Position numbers and translations under genes: made by a program | Source: a virus | Taxonomy: Duplodnaviria; Caudoviricetes | DNA: 34,405 bases | Virus record (IMG/VR): IMGVR_UViG_3300025387_000046 | Location: 1 to 34,405 of that record | Reading direction: 5' to 3' (one strand) | Part shown: positions 25,331-34,405 of the stretch, in pieces | Layout of the letters: each line of letters starts with the position of its first letter | Position numbering within the stretch: the first letter of the stretch is position 1 | Notes under the pieces: model-generated | What the model was told of the DNA's origin: nothing | What the model saw: the letters and a program-made list of their open reading frames with translations, nothing else | Database searches by the model: none

Positions 25331-26469
25331 ATTCCTACCTTGGCTTTGAGTGCTTGGATTTCTGTAGCTTGTTCTGTAACAAGTGCATTTAATTGTTGAA
25401 CCGCATTCCATAAAATTGCAACCATGTTTGTTGGAGCAAGTTTTAAATAATTAGGGTCAGACGCATCAACTAAAGGTTCTGTTCCCTCATTAGACTGAAC
25501 ATCTTGTGCAGACCAACCAAAATAAACTGGACCAGTTGCTTCTTCACTATCTCTTGAAACTTTAAATTGGTATGCAATAGTGTTTACTTTATTTACAAAA
25601 TCTAACCCAAGTGTAATTGGACGTATATTTGTTTTTTCTCTAATATCTGAAGTGTTAATTGTTCCTGTTTTGCAATATAAAGTTGTTGTGGAATTGTTTC
25701 CAAGAACCACTAAATTGCTATTAGTAGTCAATGATAAGAAAGCATCAGCACCAGAATTTACACCAAGAAGTACATTGTTTGATCCAGTAGTTAAAGATGA
25801 ACCAGCACCTTGTCCAATAAGCGTATTGCTACTTGCCGTACCTGCCAAAGCATAACCTGATGCATCTCCTACACAAGTATTACTTGTTCCAGTTATGGCG
25901 GTTGCCCCTTGTGATCCACTTCTTGAACCCACAAATACATTAACATTGCCAGTTGATAAATTTAAACCTGATTGATAACCAATAGCTGTATTTAATGCAT
26001 TTACATCTGCTGTATGATTTGAGTTATAAAGAGATTGATAACCTACTGCTGTGTTGTAAGATGCTGTGGTGTTGTTGTAAAGAGATTGAGTTCCAACACC
26101 AGTATTATTTGATCCAGTAGTTGTATATTGCAATGCGCTTGCGCCTATTGCTGAATTTGCTCCTCCAGATGTAACGCTATACAAAGACCCAAAACCAAAT
26201 CCAGAATTGTATGTTCCCGTAACAACTCCAGTAGCCATACTATTTGCGCCAACAGCAGTATTAACAGAGCCTGTACTATTTAACGCCAAAGCACTAGCAC
26301 CCACCGCAGTATTTGTAGATACAGACCCTGCACCTTGACCTACTGTTAGTCCGTGTACAGTTATATCGGCAGATACTGATCCGCCCGTCAAAGGCAAAGC
26401 CGCAGTAGACTGTGTTGTTGAGTCACTAAACGTAATTGATGGGGCTGATCCCCCAATGACTGTTGTCAT
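25327..26469 (-). CDS. tail fibre with YadA-head-like repeats and C-terminal intramolecular chaperone (peptidase S74-like)
   Basis: Many 14-aa NTAVG..(A/S)L..(N/T)T.G repeats; SDIREKTNI motif; terminal coiled coil. Confidence 0.85.
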   Translation of the reverse strand: MTTVIGGSAPSITFSDSTTQSTAALPLTGGSVSADITVHGLTVGQGAGSVSTNTAVGASALALNSTGSVNTAVGANSMATGVVTGTYNSGFGFGSLYSVTSGGANSAIGASALQYTTTGSNNTGVGTQSLYNNTTASYNTAVGYQSLYNSNHTADVNALNTAIGYQSGLNLSTGNVNVFVGSRSGSQGATAITGTSNTCVGDASGYALAGTASSNTLIGQGAGSSLTTGSNNVLLGVNSGADAFLSLTTNSNLVVLGNNSTTTLYCKTGTINTSDIREKTNIRPITLGLDFVNKVNTIAYQFKVSRDSEEATGPVYFGWSAQDVQSNEGTEPLVDASDPNYLKLAPTNMVAILWNAVQQLNALVTEQATEIQALKAKVGI

Positions 26470-26681
26470 GGTAATGTCTCCAAGAATGTTGTGATTTGCT
26501 CAGGTGTCATTTGATTGCCCTCTGCATCTTTTAATTCCACACCATTTGCCAAGTCTTTTTTGAAGCGTTGGTAGTCTGTGTTGTCTGGGTGAAAACCAAA
26601 ACTAGTACTTGTAGTATTTCCATTATCACGAATAACACCATTAGGCGTGTTTGATATTTGGCTTAAAAGTAATGTGTACAT
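26466..26681 (-). CDS. putative tail-fibre assembly chaperone
   Basis: 71 aa; F.PDNTDYQ.F motif; lies between fibre genes. Confidence 0.55.
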   Translation of the reverse strand: MYTLLLSQISNTPNGVIRDNGNTTSTSFGFHPDNTDYQRFKKDLANGVELKDAEGNQMTPEQITTFLETLP

Positions 26682-27806
26682 TTATAGCTCCGCAGTAAAT
26701 AAAAGATAGCTTGTATTATTGCCGTTTGACATTATTGCTCCCGCATTTCCTAGAACAACTGTGTTACCAGTTGTTACGTTTACACAAGCCGCATTTATAT
26801 TAGTTCCATCCGCTCCAATTGCAATTGCAGAACCCGCATTAATTGTTGCTTTTGTGTATATACAAAATTGAGACGCCGCAGGGGTTGTTAACGCAGGGTA
26901 AGTTCTCATTTGAACTGGAAAGAAAACATCCGCAGTTATTTGCGTAGTTGAATTACATTCACCATAAGCGTATCTATTGTAAGAACCATTACAGTTAGCT
27001 GAATTTACATTTAAACAATACCTCTGACACAAAGCCAACTCAGTACCATAAGGACGATAATCAAAAGATGTTGCTTGGGTTCCTACTTCTAGTTGAACGC
27101 CTGTAATATAGAAGGTTGCATTGTTTGTGCTAACAACACTCACTGCCCCTGTTGAAGACGCATAGTTTGCTGATGCCCATGCACCCGCTGTGCCACTATA
27201 AGTTGTGCCAACACCTAATCCTAATGCAAAAATAATTCCAATACCATTAGTTGTAAGCCATGTTCCAGAAGTATCTCCAGGTATTGTTATTGACACATAC
27301 GTCCATGTATTAGCGGAAGGGATAGAATAATTGAACGGGTATGATCTACCACCTCCGTTATTTCTTAAAGACCCTCCAAAAGTTCCTGTTAATGAACTGT
27401 ATGCCCAAAAAGACAACGTCACTGTTTTAGCAGATGATGTTCCCCATCCTAAATCTGTAATATTCAACCCTTCAATATTTTGACCTAAAGTAAAAATATC
27501 TGTTGCGGCTAAAGTATATGCAGATGAAGATTGAGCACCTGCATAATTAGTAAATCCAGTAGGAGGAGAAACGCCATTTAAATTTGGCAACATTGTAAAT
27601 TTACCTGCTTGATTGCCAAATCCGATAAATCTATCTATAAAGTATAGTACCCCATTTATATTAGCTGTCGCACTTGCAAAACCATATTGGTTTACATTCA
27701 TCGCACCATTAATAATCCTATTACGCAATGATGTAATGTTTGGGCTTATTACCCCACCCGTTGAACTGGTTATGTTCTCAGCGTTGACTGTTCCGTATGT
27801 TGCCAT
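26682..27806 (-). CDS. tail fibre / receptor-binding protein (carbohydrate-binding-like domain)
   Basis: RNRIING.M, VTLSFW, GVQLEVGT.AT.FDYRPYGTELALCQRY motifs; ends AEL. Confidence 0.75.
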   Translation of the reverse strand: MATYGTVNAENITSSTGGVISPNITSLRNRIINGAMNVNQYGFASATANINGVLYFIDRFIGFGNQAGKFTMLPNLNGVSPPTGFTNYAGAQSSSAYTLAATDIFTLGQNIEGLNITDLGWGTSSAKTVTLSFWAYSSLTGTFGGSLRNNGGGRSYPFNYSIPSANTWTYVSITIPGDTSGTWLTTNGIGIIFALGLGVGTTYSGTAGAWASANYASSTGAVSVVSTNNATFYITGVQLEVGTQATSFDYRPYGTELALCQRYCLNVNSANCNGSYNRYAYGECNSTTQITADVFFPVQMRTYPALTTPAASQFCIYTKATINAGSAIAIGADGTNINAACVNVTTGNTVVLGNAGAIMSNGNNTSYLLFTAEL

Positions 27807-27807
27807 G

Positions 27808-29055
27808 TTATGCTCCTACCTTTGCTTCTAGAGCTTTTAGTCTTGCTCTTAGGGATTTCAACTCTGCAATAATGTTAGCCATTATTTCTGGAGAATCATA
27901 AGCCATTGATTGGTATACAGGAACAGTTCTTGTACCCATTACAGCAGGAATTGTAATATTTCCTTGTTCATCTCTTACCGCAGGAGTTACTTCATATTGC
28001 TCTTCTCTTGTTGCATCTTTTGTGCCTTGAACTGATGACGGAGAAACCAATTGCACTTCGTCAGCTATAAACCCAACAAAAGGACTTCCGTCAGATTTAA
28101 AAGTTCCAACTTTAGGTTGCAAAGCATCTATAAAAGAACCTGATGTAGTAAGTTCTCCAATTATATTTTTTAACCTGTAATCGGATGGTTGATTTAATGT
28201 AGTAGTAGTTCCGTTCGTTGTTATACTTCCTGCGGAAGTAACTGAAGAACCATAAAAAAATGAAGCTAAATATATTGTTCCACTTGCTGCATTGTTCCAT
28301 AATAATAATGGATTATTAGCAGCACTTCCTGTTGCTTTAAAAGTTACTGTATTTCCAGAACTTACTGCTGATAATGTAGATTCGTTTATTAAAGCTGATG
28401 TTGTTCCAATGAATAAATGACCACTATTATCTAGTGTCATGTTAGTGGCAAAAGTAATAGTGCTACCAGCAGTTTGAGTTGCATCGGTGCTTTGAGCAAA
28501 ACTAACACTACCATTATTAAAATCTATTCTTGATGCTTTGTATCCGCTATTTTTATAAACCCAATTTGAAGAATTATTTAAATAAGCATTTTCAAAAATG
28601 TGAAAATCTGGAATATTGCTACCGCCTGAATATGCCATTACTCCAGTTCCGTTAGGAAACTCAAGTGCTTTATAAGATGTATTCCAAGCACTAGGAGTAA
28701 CTCCTAATCCTAAGTTACCAGAGGTGTCAAGGGTCATCTGCACAGCAGAATTTGTAGAAAAAGTTAATGGGACAAAAGAACCAGTACTTCCATAAGTTGA
28801 TGAAATATTTGTAGCTGTCGTTGATGTAGACAAAAGAAGTTGAATATCGTTTGCTACAGAATAAGTTGGAGCTACTGTACCAATAACCTGAAGAGTTCTG
28901 CTAGGACTACTTGTACCAATACCAACCCTTTGAGATGTATCTATTGTTACCGCAGTAGTACCACCATTGGTTTGCAACTGCAATATGCCCGATGTGTCAC
29001 CAGTAATCTGTATTGGTGTTAGGGTTGTGGTTCCTGCATTAATAATTGATGCCAT
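27808..29055 (-). CDS. tail fibre with C-terminal intramolecular chaperone (peptidase S74-like)
   Basis: VGIGTSSP and MTLD.SG.L..G.T repeats; SDYRLK, GFIADEVQ motifs; terminal coiled coil. Confidence 0.85.
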   Translation of the reverse strand: MASIINAGTTTLTPIQITGDTSGILQLQTNGGTTAVTIDTSQRVGIGTSSPSRTLQVIGTVAPTYSVANDIQLLLSTSTTATNISSTYGSTGSFVPLTFSTNSAVQMTLDTSGNLGLGVTPSAWNTSYKALEFPNGTGVMAYSGGSNIPDFHIFENAYLNNSSNWVYKNSGYKASRIDFNNGSVSFAQSTDATQTAGSTITFATNMTLDNSGHLFIGTTSALINESTLSAVSSGNTVTFKATGSAANNPLLLWNNAASGTIYLASFFYGSSVTSAGSITTNGTTTTLNQPSDYRLKNIIGELTTSGSFIDALQPKVGTFKSDGSPFVGFIADEVQLVSPSSVQGTKDATREEQYEVTPAVRDEQGNITIPAVMGTRTVPVYQSMAYDSPEIMANIIAELKSLRARLKALEAKVGA

Positions 29056-29064
29056 TTTTATTCC

Positions 29065-29589
29065 TTAGAGAATCAACCAACGCTGACCATTAGCTACAGT
29101 CACCGTGATACCGTTGTTTATAGTAACGGGTCCAACGGACAATCCGTTTGTTCCACTTGAAATAGTTGCGTTTGTGGTAACCGTGGTCGTGTTGGTCAAT
29201 ATAGATCCACCACCTAAACCACCTCCAATACCGCCCCACGCTGTGCCGTTATAGCCCTCAAACTGAGCCAGTGTTGTGTTGTACCTCAGCATTGCGGTTG
29301 CTGGGGTGCCTGGGCGTTGTGCCGTCGTACCAGTCGGTAACTGTGCAGATCCAGTACTGTTAAATAAGAAAGTCGTATTTGTGGATGAATAAGTTAAGTT
29401 ATTACCTATTCCACTTGTTGCCATTGTTTGAACAGTACCGCTATTATCCTTGTAAAACAACTTACCATCATAATAATTAATAGCAAGTTCTGCGCCAGTA
29501 GATCCGCTTGTTAAATTGGATGCAGATGGTGTGTTGCCAGTAGAACCACTGGCGTATATTAATATCGGTGTATAACCTGTCTGTGCCAT
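29065..29589 (-). CDS. tail fibre adaptor/platform-like structural protein
   Basis: ELAIN..DGKLFYKD, LP.GTTAQRP...LRYNTT..FEGY.G..W and SVGPVTI..G.TVTV..G.RW motifs. Confidence 0.7.
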   Translation of the reverse strand: MAQTGYTPILIYASGSTGNTPSASNLTSGSTGAELAINYYDGKLFYKDNSGTVQTMATSGIGNNLTYSSTNTTFLFNSTGSAQLPTGTTAQRPGTPATAMLRYNTTLAQFEGYNGTAWGGIGGGLGGGSILTNTTTVTTNATISSGTNGLSVGPVTINNGITVTVANGQRWLIL

Positions 29590-29622
29590 GTTAAATCCTT
29601 TGCCACATTATATATCTAAACA

Positions 29623-30654
29623 TTAAAATCCTCCACCAGAAATACCACTTGTTATTGCGCTATTGGTGGCGTTGAAGGTCAAACCTGTACTTGTGTACTG
29701 AGGCTGGTTGCCAGTTGTAGCAGCAGCATAAATAATGTAGTTTGTAGCTCCGGAGCCAGCTGTTAAGGCCAAGTTGGTGGCGTTGGTGGCGTTGGTTGCA
29801 GCTCCGACTGACAAAGCGGACTGCGCTACGTAAGTTGGAGCAGACGCTCCAGCAGTTAGCACATAATTAGTGGTTCCCAAAGCCAGAGTGGTAGTTGTTC
29901 CAGCTCCAGACTGATAAACTATAGATCCAGCAGCGCCTCCAGTTACGTTGGTCGCCGTAGTTGCGGTGGTGGCCGATCCGACGGACAAAGAAGATTGGGA
30001 TACATAAGCCGGGGCAGAGGCTCCAGCCGTTAGCACATAGCCAGAAGTGCCTAAAGAAAGCATTGTAGTAGTGGCAGCGGCTGTTTGATACACAATAGAG
30101 CCCGCAGCTCCACCGGCTACATTGGTCGCCGTAGTCGCCGTGCTAACAGCCCCACTTACTTGACTGCCAGGCAAACTAAGCGCGCTTAATGTCACTAACG
30201 TAGAATTAGAGGTTGCGGTCACATTGCCGGCGTTGGTTGCAGTCACGGCGTTGGTGGCGTTGGTCACAGCAGTTGTGCCAATAGCTGTCACAATTTGCGC
30301 GGGCGACGCCGTGGTTAAAGCCGTAGTTCCACTGCCGTATAACAAACCGGCTGTAAAAGTAGTGGCTCCAGTGCCCCCACTAGATACAGGAACCGTACCA
30401 CTAAGGGCTGTTACCGGAATAGTTGTAGATGAAGTAACATTGCTTGCGCCATTGGCGTATAAGTACCCATTTAAGCTTGAAACTGCTAAATTAACTGTGG
30501 TTAAGTTTGTATACCCCGAAGTCGAGGCAATTACACCCGCAATGGCAGACGTGGTAGTCTGCACCGTTTGCCCGTTCTGAACTACAGGTACAAGCTCTAA
30601 ACCAGTTAGGGCTGTAGGTGGTGTGGGTAGCTGTGATATTCTTATGTTTGCCAT
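29623..30654 (-). CDS. tail fibre-like structural protein
   Basis: I.ISQLP...LTG.E.VPVVQ.G.T N-terminus; GGTG repeat; internal duplication; ends GGGF. Confidence 0.75.
   Translation of the reverse strand: MANIRISQLPTPPTALTGLELVPVVQNGQTVQTTTSAIAGVIASTSGYTNLTTVNLAVSSLNGYLYANGASNVTSSTTIPVTALSGTVPVSSGGTGATTFTAGLLYGSGTTALTTASPAQIVTAIGTTAVTNATNAVTATNAGNVTATSNSTLVTLSALSLPGSQVSGAVSTATTATNVAGGAAGSIVYQTAAATTTMLSLGTSGYVLTAGASAPAYVSQSSLSVGSATTATTATNVTGGAAGSIVYQSGAGTTTTLALGTTNYVLTAGASAPTYVAQSALSVGAATNATNATNLALTAGSGATNYIIYAAATTGNQPQYTSTGLTFNATNSAITSGISGGGF
29775..30140 (-). repeat. tandem 174-nt (58-aa) duplication inside the fibre gene
   Basis: TATNV.GGAAGSIVYQ...YVLTAGASAP.YV.QS.LSVG occurs twice; TTGGTCGCCGTAGT at 29948 and 30122. 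Confidence 0.85.
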
Positions 30655-30656
30655 GT

Positions 30657-31418
30657 TTATGGTGTTCCTGTCGCAATGAGTATTCCTTCCACGGCTATAC
30701 CAACCGCAGCCGTACTACTTGGAGTGTTAGCTTGCCATTGAATATCTGTCTTTGCCGCATAAGCACGAGGTGCTACCCTATAAGAAGTATAGCTATTTCC
30801 AAATGGAGCTTGTAGCAAAATAGTTATTAATCCAGAACTGTTTTGTGTAAATACACGGTATGTACAGTATGAGCTAGATAAGTTACCAACCTGATTTGTA
30901 TAAGCATTTACCCTAGTTAGATAAAAAGTATATCCATTGGGAACGGTATATATCATGGCTTGGCTTTTACCATTTCCAGCCGCAATTTCGGCGTATTGAA
31001 CGGTCTTCCCCGCATTTCCTAGATTAATAATACCTACAGCGTTAACCGTTCCTGCAACTTGTATCCCATTGATTCTTAAGTATGAATTTGCCGTAGTTAC
31101 GCCTGTTGTGCCATTGGTTAAAGTCAAAGTTTCTGACAATAAGTTGTAGCTTGAATCAAGCCCGCTAATTAATACTGATACATTTGTGTCCGATCCAGAT
31201 GAGCTCCAAAGTAACATTGTTGACGCTGAGCCTGGGTATGTATAAGTAGTAGTATTTTCCCAAATAGGAATAAAAGTTGTACCAACTGACGCTTGATAGC
31301 CATAAATATTAACTACAGATGCGCCAGTAACAAGCCCCCTAGCAACTTGCAAATAAGACGGCAAAGCAAGAGATGACTCAGTGTTAGTAATTGCACTATT
31401 AGGATAGGAGGTAATCAT
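30657..31418 (-). CDS. virion structural protein (hypothetical)
   Basis: 253 aa, beta-rich; LQVARG.V.G, L.GTT.VTT...YLRIN, YTVP.GYT.Y motifs. Confidence 0.7.
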   Translation of the reverse strand: MITSYPNSAITNTESSLALPSYLQVARGLVTGASVVNIYGYQASVGTTFIPIWENTTTYTYPGSASTMLLWSSSGSDTNVSVLISGLDSSYNLLSETLTLTNGTTGVTTANSYLRINGIQVAGTVNAVGIINLGNAGKTVQYAEIAAGNGKSQAMIYTVPNGYTFYLTRVNAYTNQVGNLSSSYCTYRVFTQNSSGLITILLQAPFGNSYTSYRVAPRAYAAKTDIQWQANTPSSTAAVGIAVEGILIATGTP

Positions 31419-31753
31419 ACGTATTGCACTCCGCCAATGTTAATGGTTACACCTGTAGTCGATGCTTGAGCTTGAATAGTCCAACCCGCCGATAAAGTTT
31501 GATTGCCTGTCCATTGCACGGTTTGATTTCCAGAAATAGCTGCTTGGTAAAACAAAGCGTTTCCTGTGCCTGGAGATTTAGTAACCTGCACAAGATAGAT
31601 TGTAAAAGTAGCCGCCGTAGAGTTGGTGTTGCAAACAGTAATGTCTTGAACACTTGTTAATGTCAAATTAGGCGCGGTGTATAAAGTAGCAATAGACGTA
31701 GTTAGGGCTGCTTGCCCCAAGTTCATCTGCGTTGCTGTTTGATACTGCGCCAT
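31415..31753 (-). CDS. small virion structural protein (beta sandwich)
   Basis: 112 aa; TLYTAP.....V..I.VCN pattern. Confidence 0.7.
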   Translation of the reverse strand: MAQYQTATQMNLGQAALTTSIATLYTAPNLTLTSVQDITVCNTNSTAATFTIYLVQVTKSPGTGNALFYQAAISGNQTVQWTGNQTLSAGWTIQAQASTTGVTINIGGVQYV

Positions 31754-31754
31754 A

Positions 31755-32111
31755 TTAAGGACTCAAGTTATCCAAGTTACCATCAATTTTATCCTGAGAA
31801 GTCTCAGGTGCTATGCCCCACTCACCAGCTCCAGGATTATTTGTGTTAACCTGATTCGGGTCGGTGGTTAACGCGCTATCCTGCTCCGCCACATCTGCAT
31901 CAGGTCTAGGAAACCTAATTGAAATTTTTTCAGGCTGCCTTGCAGGCAATCTATACGGGTCTCTTTCATCATTGCAACCTTCATTGCAAACTCTTAACCC
32001 AGGTATGTTTCTATCTTCACTTATATCACTATAAGCACGTTTCATCTTACAACGATCACAAATCGCGATCGACAATACCGCGTTGCCCCTAGTATTTAGC
32101 CACTTACTCAT
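31755..32111 (-). CDS. conserved phage protein with CxxC...CxxxC
   Basis: AICDRC...GLRVC...C.D..DP...PRPD; coupled to the adaptor gene. Confidence 0.75.
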   Translation of the reverse strand: MSKWLNTRGNAVLSIAICDRCKMKRAYSDISEDRNIPGLRVCNEGCNDERDPYRLPARQPEKISIRFPRPDADVAEQDSALTTDPNQVNTNNPGAGEWGIAPETSQDKIDGNLDNLSP

Positions 32112-33166
32112 CTTGTGTAAGGTGCAATATTAGGCGCAAAATAAATCGGTGACTTATCTCTTTCTTCCTGCTCCGCTTGAAGCCACGTTTCATTAGCCTC
32201 CGCTTTCACAATTGCGTATCTATTTGGGTCAACGCTTGGCAATTCAAGAGCCATTTGCTGCGCCAACATATTCTGAATGGCCAAATACCATCGCTGTGGA
32301 ATTTCAAGCGAGCCTGATAAAGAACCTACATCCTGTACGTACCTGGCGCACCAAGCCACAATCTGAGGCGCGTAATTATTAGGTGCTGGCCACAAATACA
32401 TAGAAGGCTGAGGTATAGTTCTATCAAACCAGTATTGTAAAGGCCTATAGCTTGCAAAATTCTTATTAGGCAAGTTAGTGTAATCATCACGGTTTAAACG
32501 AGCCAGAGGAATCTCAGTTGCGTTTGAGCCAAAAACTACCTGGTAAACACCCATGTTTACACCCGCAGTCTGCAAAATTCTCCAATATGGTGCCGTTGCA
32601 GATGGGTCTAAATCATAATAAATCCAAGTCCCTGATACCCAACTTGTTGCTCCTGGCGCGTAAATTGTGGTCCAAGTACTTCCATCTTGTGAGTATTGCA
32701 ACAAAACGGTGACCGAGCCCGTAACGGCAGGCAAAATACCAATAGTTCCCATGTAAATAGGGGAACCTGTACCATTATTAATTCCAATTGAGCTGGTATT
32801 ATTTGTACATTGACAAATATTGGTGTATTGCCCATCAAAGGCGTAGGAACTATTTCCTGTAGTGCTGTACCCGCCGGTTGTGTTTTGTGTAACCGTTCGA
32901 TAATTGGCGTTCAATACATCATTCATACCTACAGGCAAGTAATTGATATACTGATCAGGCACTAAGCCATACACTACTTTTTGAATGCACCAGTACTGTA
33001 TGCCTCTATTAACTAGGTTGGAAAGTAAAAAGTAAAGCGCTTGCTTTGAAGCCTGCACTTGTTCAACCGTCAGCTCCTCGGCTAACTTACCACAGCGACG
33101 AGCACCGCTATCAATTAGATTTTGAACAGTAATGACTGTTGTTCCAACTGTTCCACTAGTGCTCAT
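32108..33166 (-). CDS. putative head-tail adaptor with inserted discoidin-like beta domain
   Basis: MSTSGT, N.G...W, R..R.DY..LPNK....RP.Q.W.DR, LWP.P, P.RW..A motifs; central YAFDG...YS.DG.TW.T...YWR insert. Confidence 0.65.
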   Translation of the reverse strand: MSTSGTVGTTVITVQNLIDSGARRCGKLAEELTVEQVQASKQALYFLLSNLVNRGIQYWCIQKVVYGLVPDQYINYLPVGMNDVLNANYRTVTQNTTGGYSTTGNSSYAFDGQYTNICQCTNNTSSIGINNGTGSPIYMGTIGILPAVTGSVTVLLQYSQDGSTWTTIYAPGATSWVSGTWIYYDLDPSATAPYWRILQTAGVNMGVYQVVFGSNATEIPLARLNRDDYTNLPNKNFASYRPLQYWFDRTIPQPSMYLWPAPNNYAPQIVAWCARYVQDVGSLSGSLEIPQRWYLAIQNMLAQQMALELPSVDPNRYAIVKAEANETWLQAEQEERDKSPIYFAPNIAPYTR

Positions 33167-33169
33167 GTA

Positions 33170-33730
33170 TTACCACCCTTTTATATCATACTTTTTAGCT
33201 GCGCCGCCTGTCTTACAATGCCATCTATGTAATGAAGCTGCTTTTCTTGTTGGGCGCCCTTTATCATCTTTCATTGGGCCTGGCATACCGCTCATACGAG
33301 CACAAAAAGAATTATGTCTGGCGCCTTTTGCTTGAGGAGCCTTAAGGTGACTACCTGTTGCGCGATTAAACTTATCTCGACCTTTTTGAGTCAATCCTGC
33401 GCCTTGGCTTGTAGGCAACTTATCACCTTTACTCACTGTTAGCTTAGGGTCACCGCCACTTTTCATCTTTTTAGATTGTGAGTTTCTAAAATCCGCAGCA
33501 GTTGGCGCGCCTTTACTTCCGGGTTTACGCATGTGCTCACCAGAGCCATGCTTAATTCTTTCTTGCTTGGCGTGTATATTATCCCAAAGCCCACCACCAT
33601 CTTTTTTCTTTGCAGCGCGCTTTACACTGTACGCAATTGCAACGGCTTGCTTTTGAGGCTTACCTGCGTGAATCTCAGCAGCCACATTTTTACCAAATGC
33701 AGCTTTAGATTTAGACTTGATAAGTGGCAT
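33170..33730 (-). CDS. basic multi-module protein (C-terminal DUF6321-like SFCARM module)
   Basis: Start moved to MPLIKS (33730) after an AAGGGG RBS; Lys-rich; three modules each followed by K-x-GG. Confidence 0.75.
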   Translation of the reverse strand: MPLIKSKSKAAFGKNVAAEIHAGKPQKQAVAIAYSVKRAAKKKDGGGLWDNIHAKQERIKHGSGEHMRKPGSKGAPTAADFRNSQSKKMKSGGDPKLTVSKGDKLPTSQGAGLTQKGRDKFNRATGSHLKAPQAKGARHNSFCARMSGMPGPMKDDKGRPTRKAASLHRWHCKTGGAAKKYDIKGW

Positions 33731-33740
33731 GTTAACCCCT

Positions 33741-34403
33741 TTAAGCTTGTGATTCTTGCCAAGATAAACGTGCAAATGCGGTTCCATTGGAACCAACTTG
33801 ACTAACTGTTACGTACAAAATATCAGGCCCATCAGGATATGTACCTGTCTGACTTGTTGGCACTGTATTAGATAATCCACCACCTAAAGCTGCGTTACCA
33901 AATGGAGCAACTGATGTTAAGTCCAAAGTTGTCTGCCCCGCAGTGTTTGTAAAGAACGCAGCGATTGACTCACCACCACTAATCGTAGTTGCAGTATTGG
34001 TGTTGGTTGCAACTTGAACAATAGACGTTGTATTAGTACCGTTTTGTGTTGGTGATGCAAATGCACTGAATCCACTTGTTCCACCAATCACACCGTTCAA
34101 AATGAACTGAACCAGGTAACTTGTGGTGGTCAACATAGCAATCTCACGCATCTGCAACTGCAAACGGTTGATAATTTCCTTAACACCCAATGTACCTACA
34201 GTTCCGTTATCCACAGAAGGAGCAACACGAATAGCCATGATAGGTACAGCAGTCGAACCAGATGTAGATACCGCTGAGGTCATACCATAGTTGTAAATAG
34301 CAGATACGTCTTGCGTAAATCCACCATCCATCACAACAGATGAACCCCAATGAGATAACTGAGCTGCTGAATCAGGAGAAGCATACTCAACCGCAACTGG
34401 TGC
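33741..34403 (-). CDS. virion structural protein, 5' truncated by window
   Basis: The frame is open to the window end (...QLSHWGSSVVMDGGF...); ends W.E.QA. Confidence 0.75.
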   Translation of the reverse strand, partial: APVAVEYASPDSAAQLSHWGSSVVMDGGFTQDVSAIYNYGMTSAVSTSGSTAVPIMAIRVAPSVDNGTVGTLGVKEIINRLQLQMREIAMLTTTSYLVQFILNGVIGGTSGFSAFASPTQNGTNTTSIVQVATNTNTATTISGGESIAAFFTNTAGQTTLDLTSVAPFGNAALGGGLSNTVPTSQTGTYPDGPDILYVTVSQVGSNGTAFARLSWQESQA

Positions 34404-34405
34404 AG

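Noticed and set aside
25327-30654. Diversity-generating retroelement acting on the tail fibres
   Set aside because: There is no reverse transcriptase in the window and I saw no TR/VR pair differing only at adenines. The 174-nt duplication is an in-frame tandem repeat with mixed substitutions.
1-34405. Genome-wide TAG recoding
   Set aside because: Long genes are intact in the standard code, and TAG ends genes at sensible boundaries (for example 12310, 15373).

Overview
A 34.4-kb internal fragment of a tailed dsDNA phage genome, probably podovirus-like. The embedded Rz/Rz1 spanin pair indicates a Gram-negative host. There are two convergent arms. The + strand (1-12.7 kb) carries an array of small accessory genes joined by a repeated 20-nt linker, then DUF932, a DenV-like glycosylase, a MazG-like NTP pyrophosphatase, a putative SSB, a family A DNA polymerase, a Cas4-like exonuclease, a VRR-NUC nuclease, an SNF2 helicase, and a compact candidate cytosine-hypermodification operon. 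That operon encodes a glycosyltransferase-like protein, a dNMP kinase fused to a degenerate UDG-like domain, and a thymidylate-synthase homologue with the dCMP-specifying Asp. The - strand (12.6-34.4 kb) carries virion genes: adaptors, a tail nozzle, several fibre/receptor-binding proteins, a lysis cassette and ejection proteins. No terminase, portal, capsid, primase, integrase, tRNA or CRISPR array was seen in the window. All product calls come from motif recognition by eye; no database searches were run.
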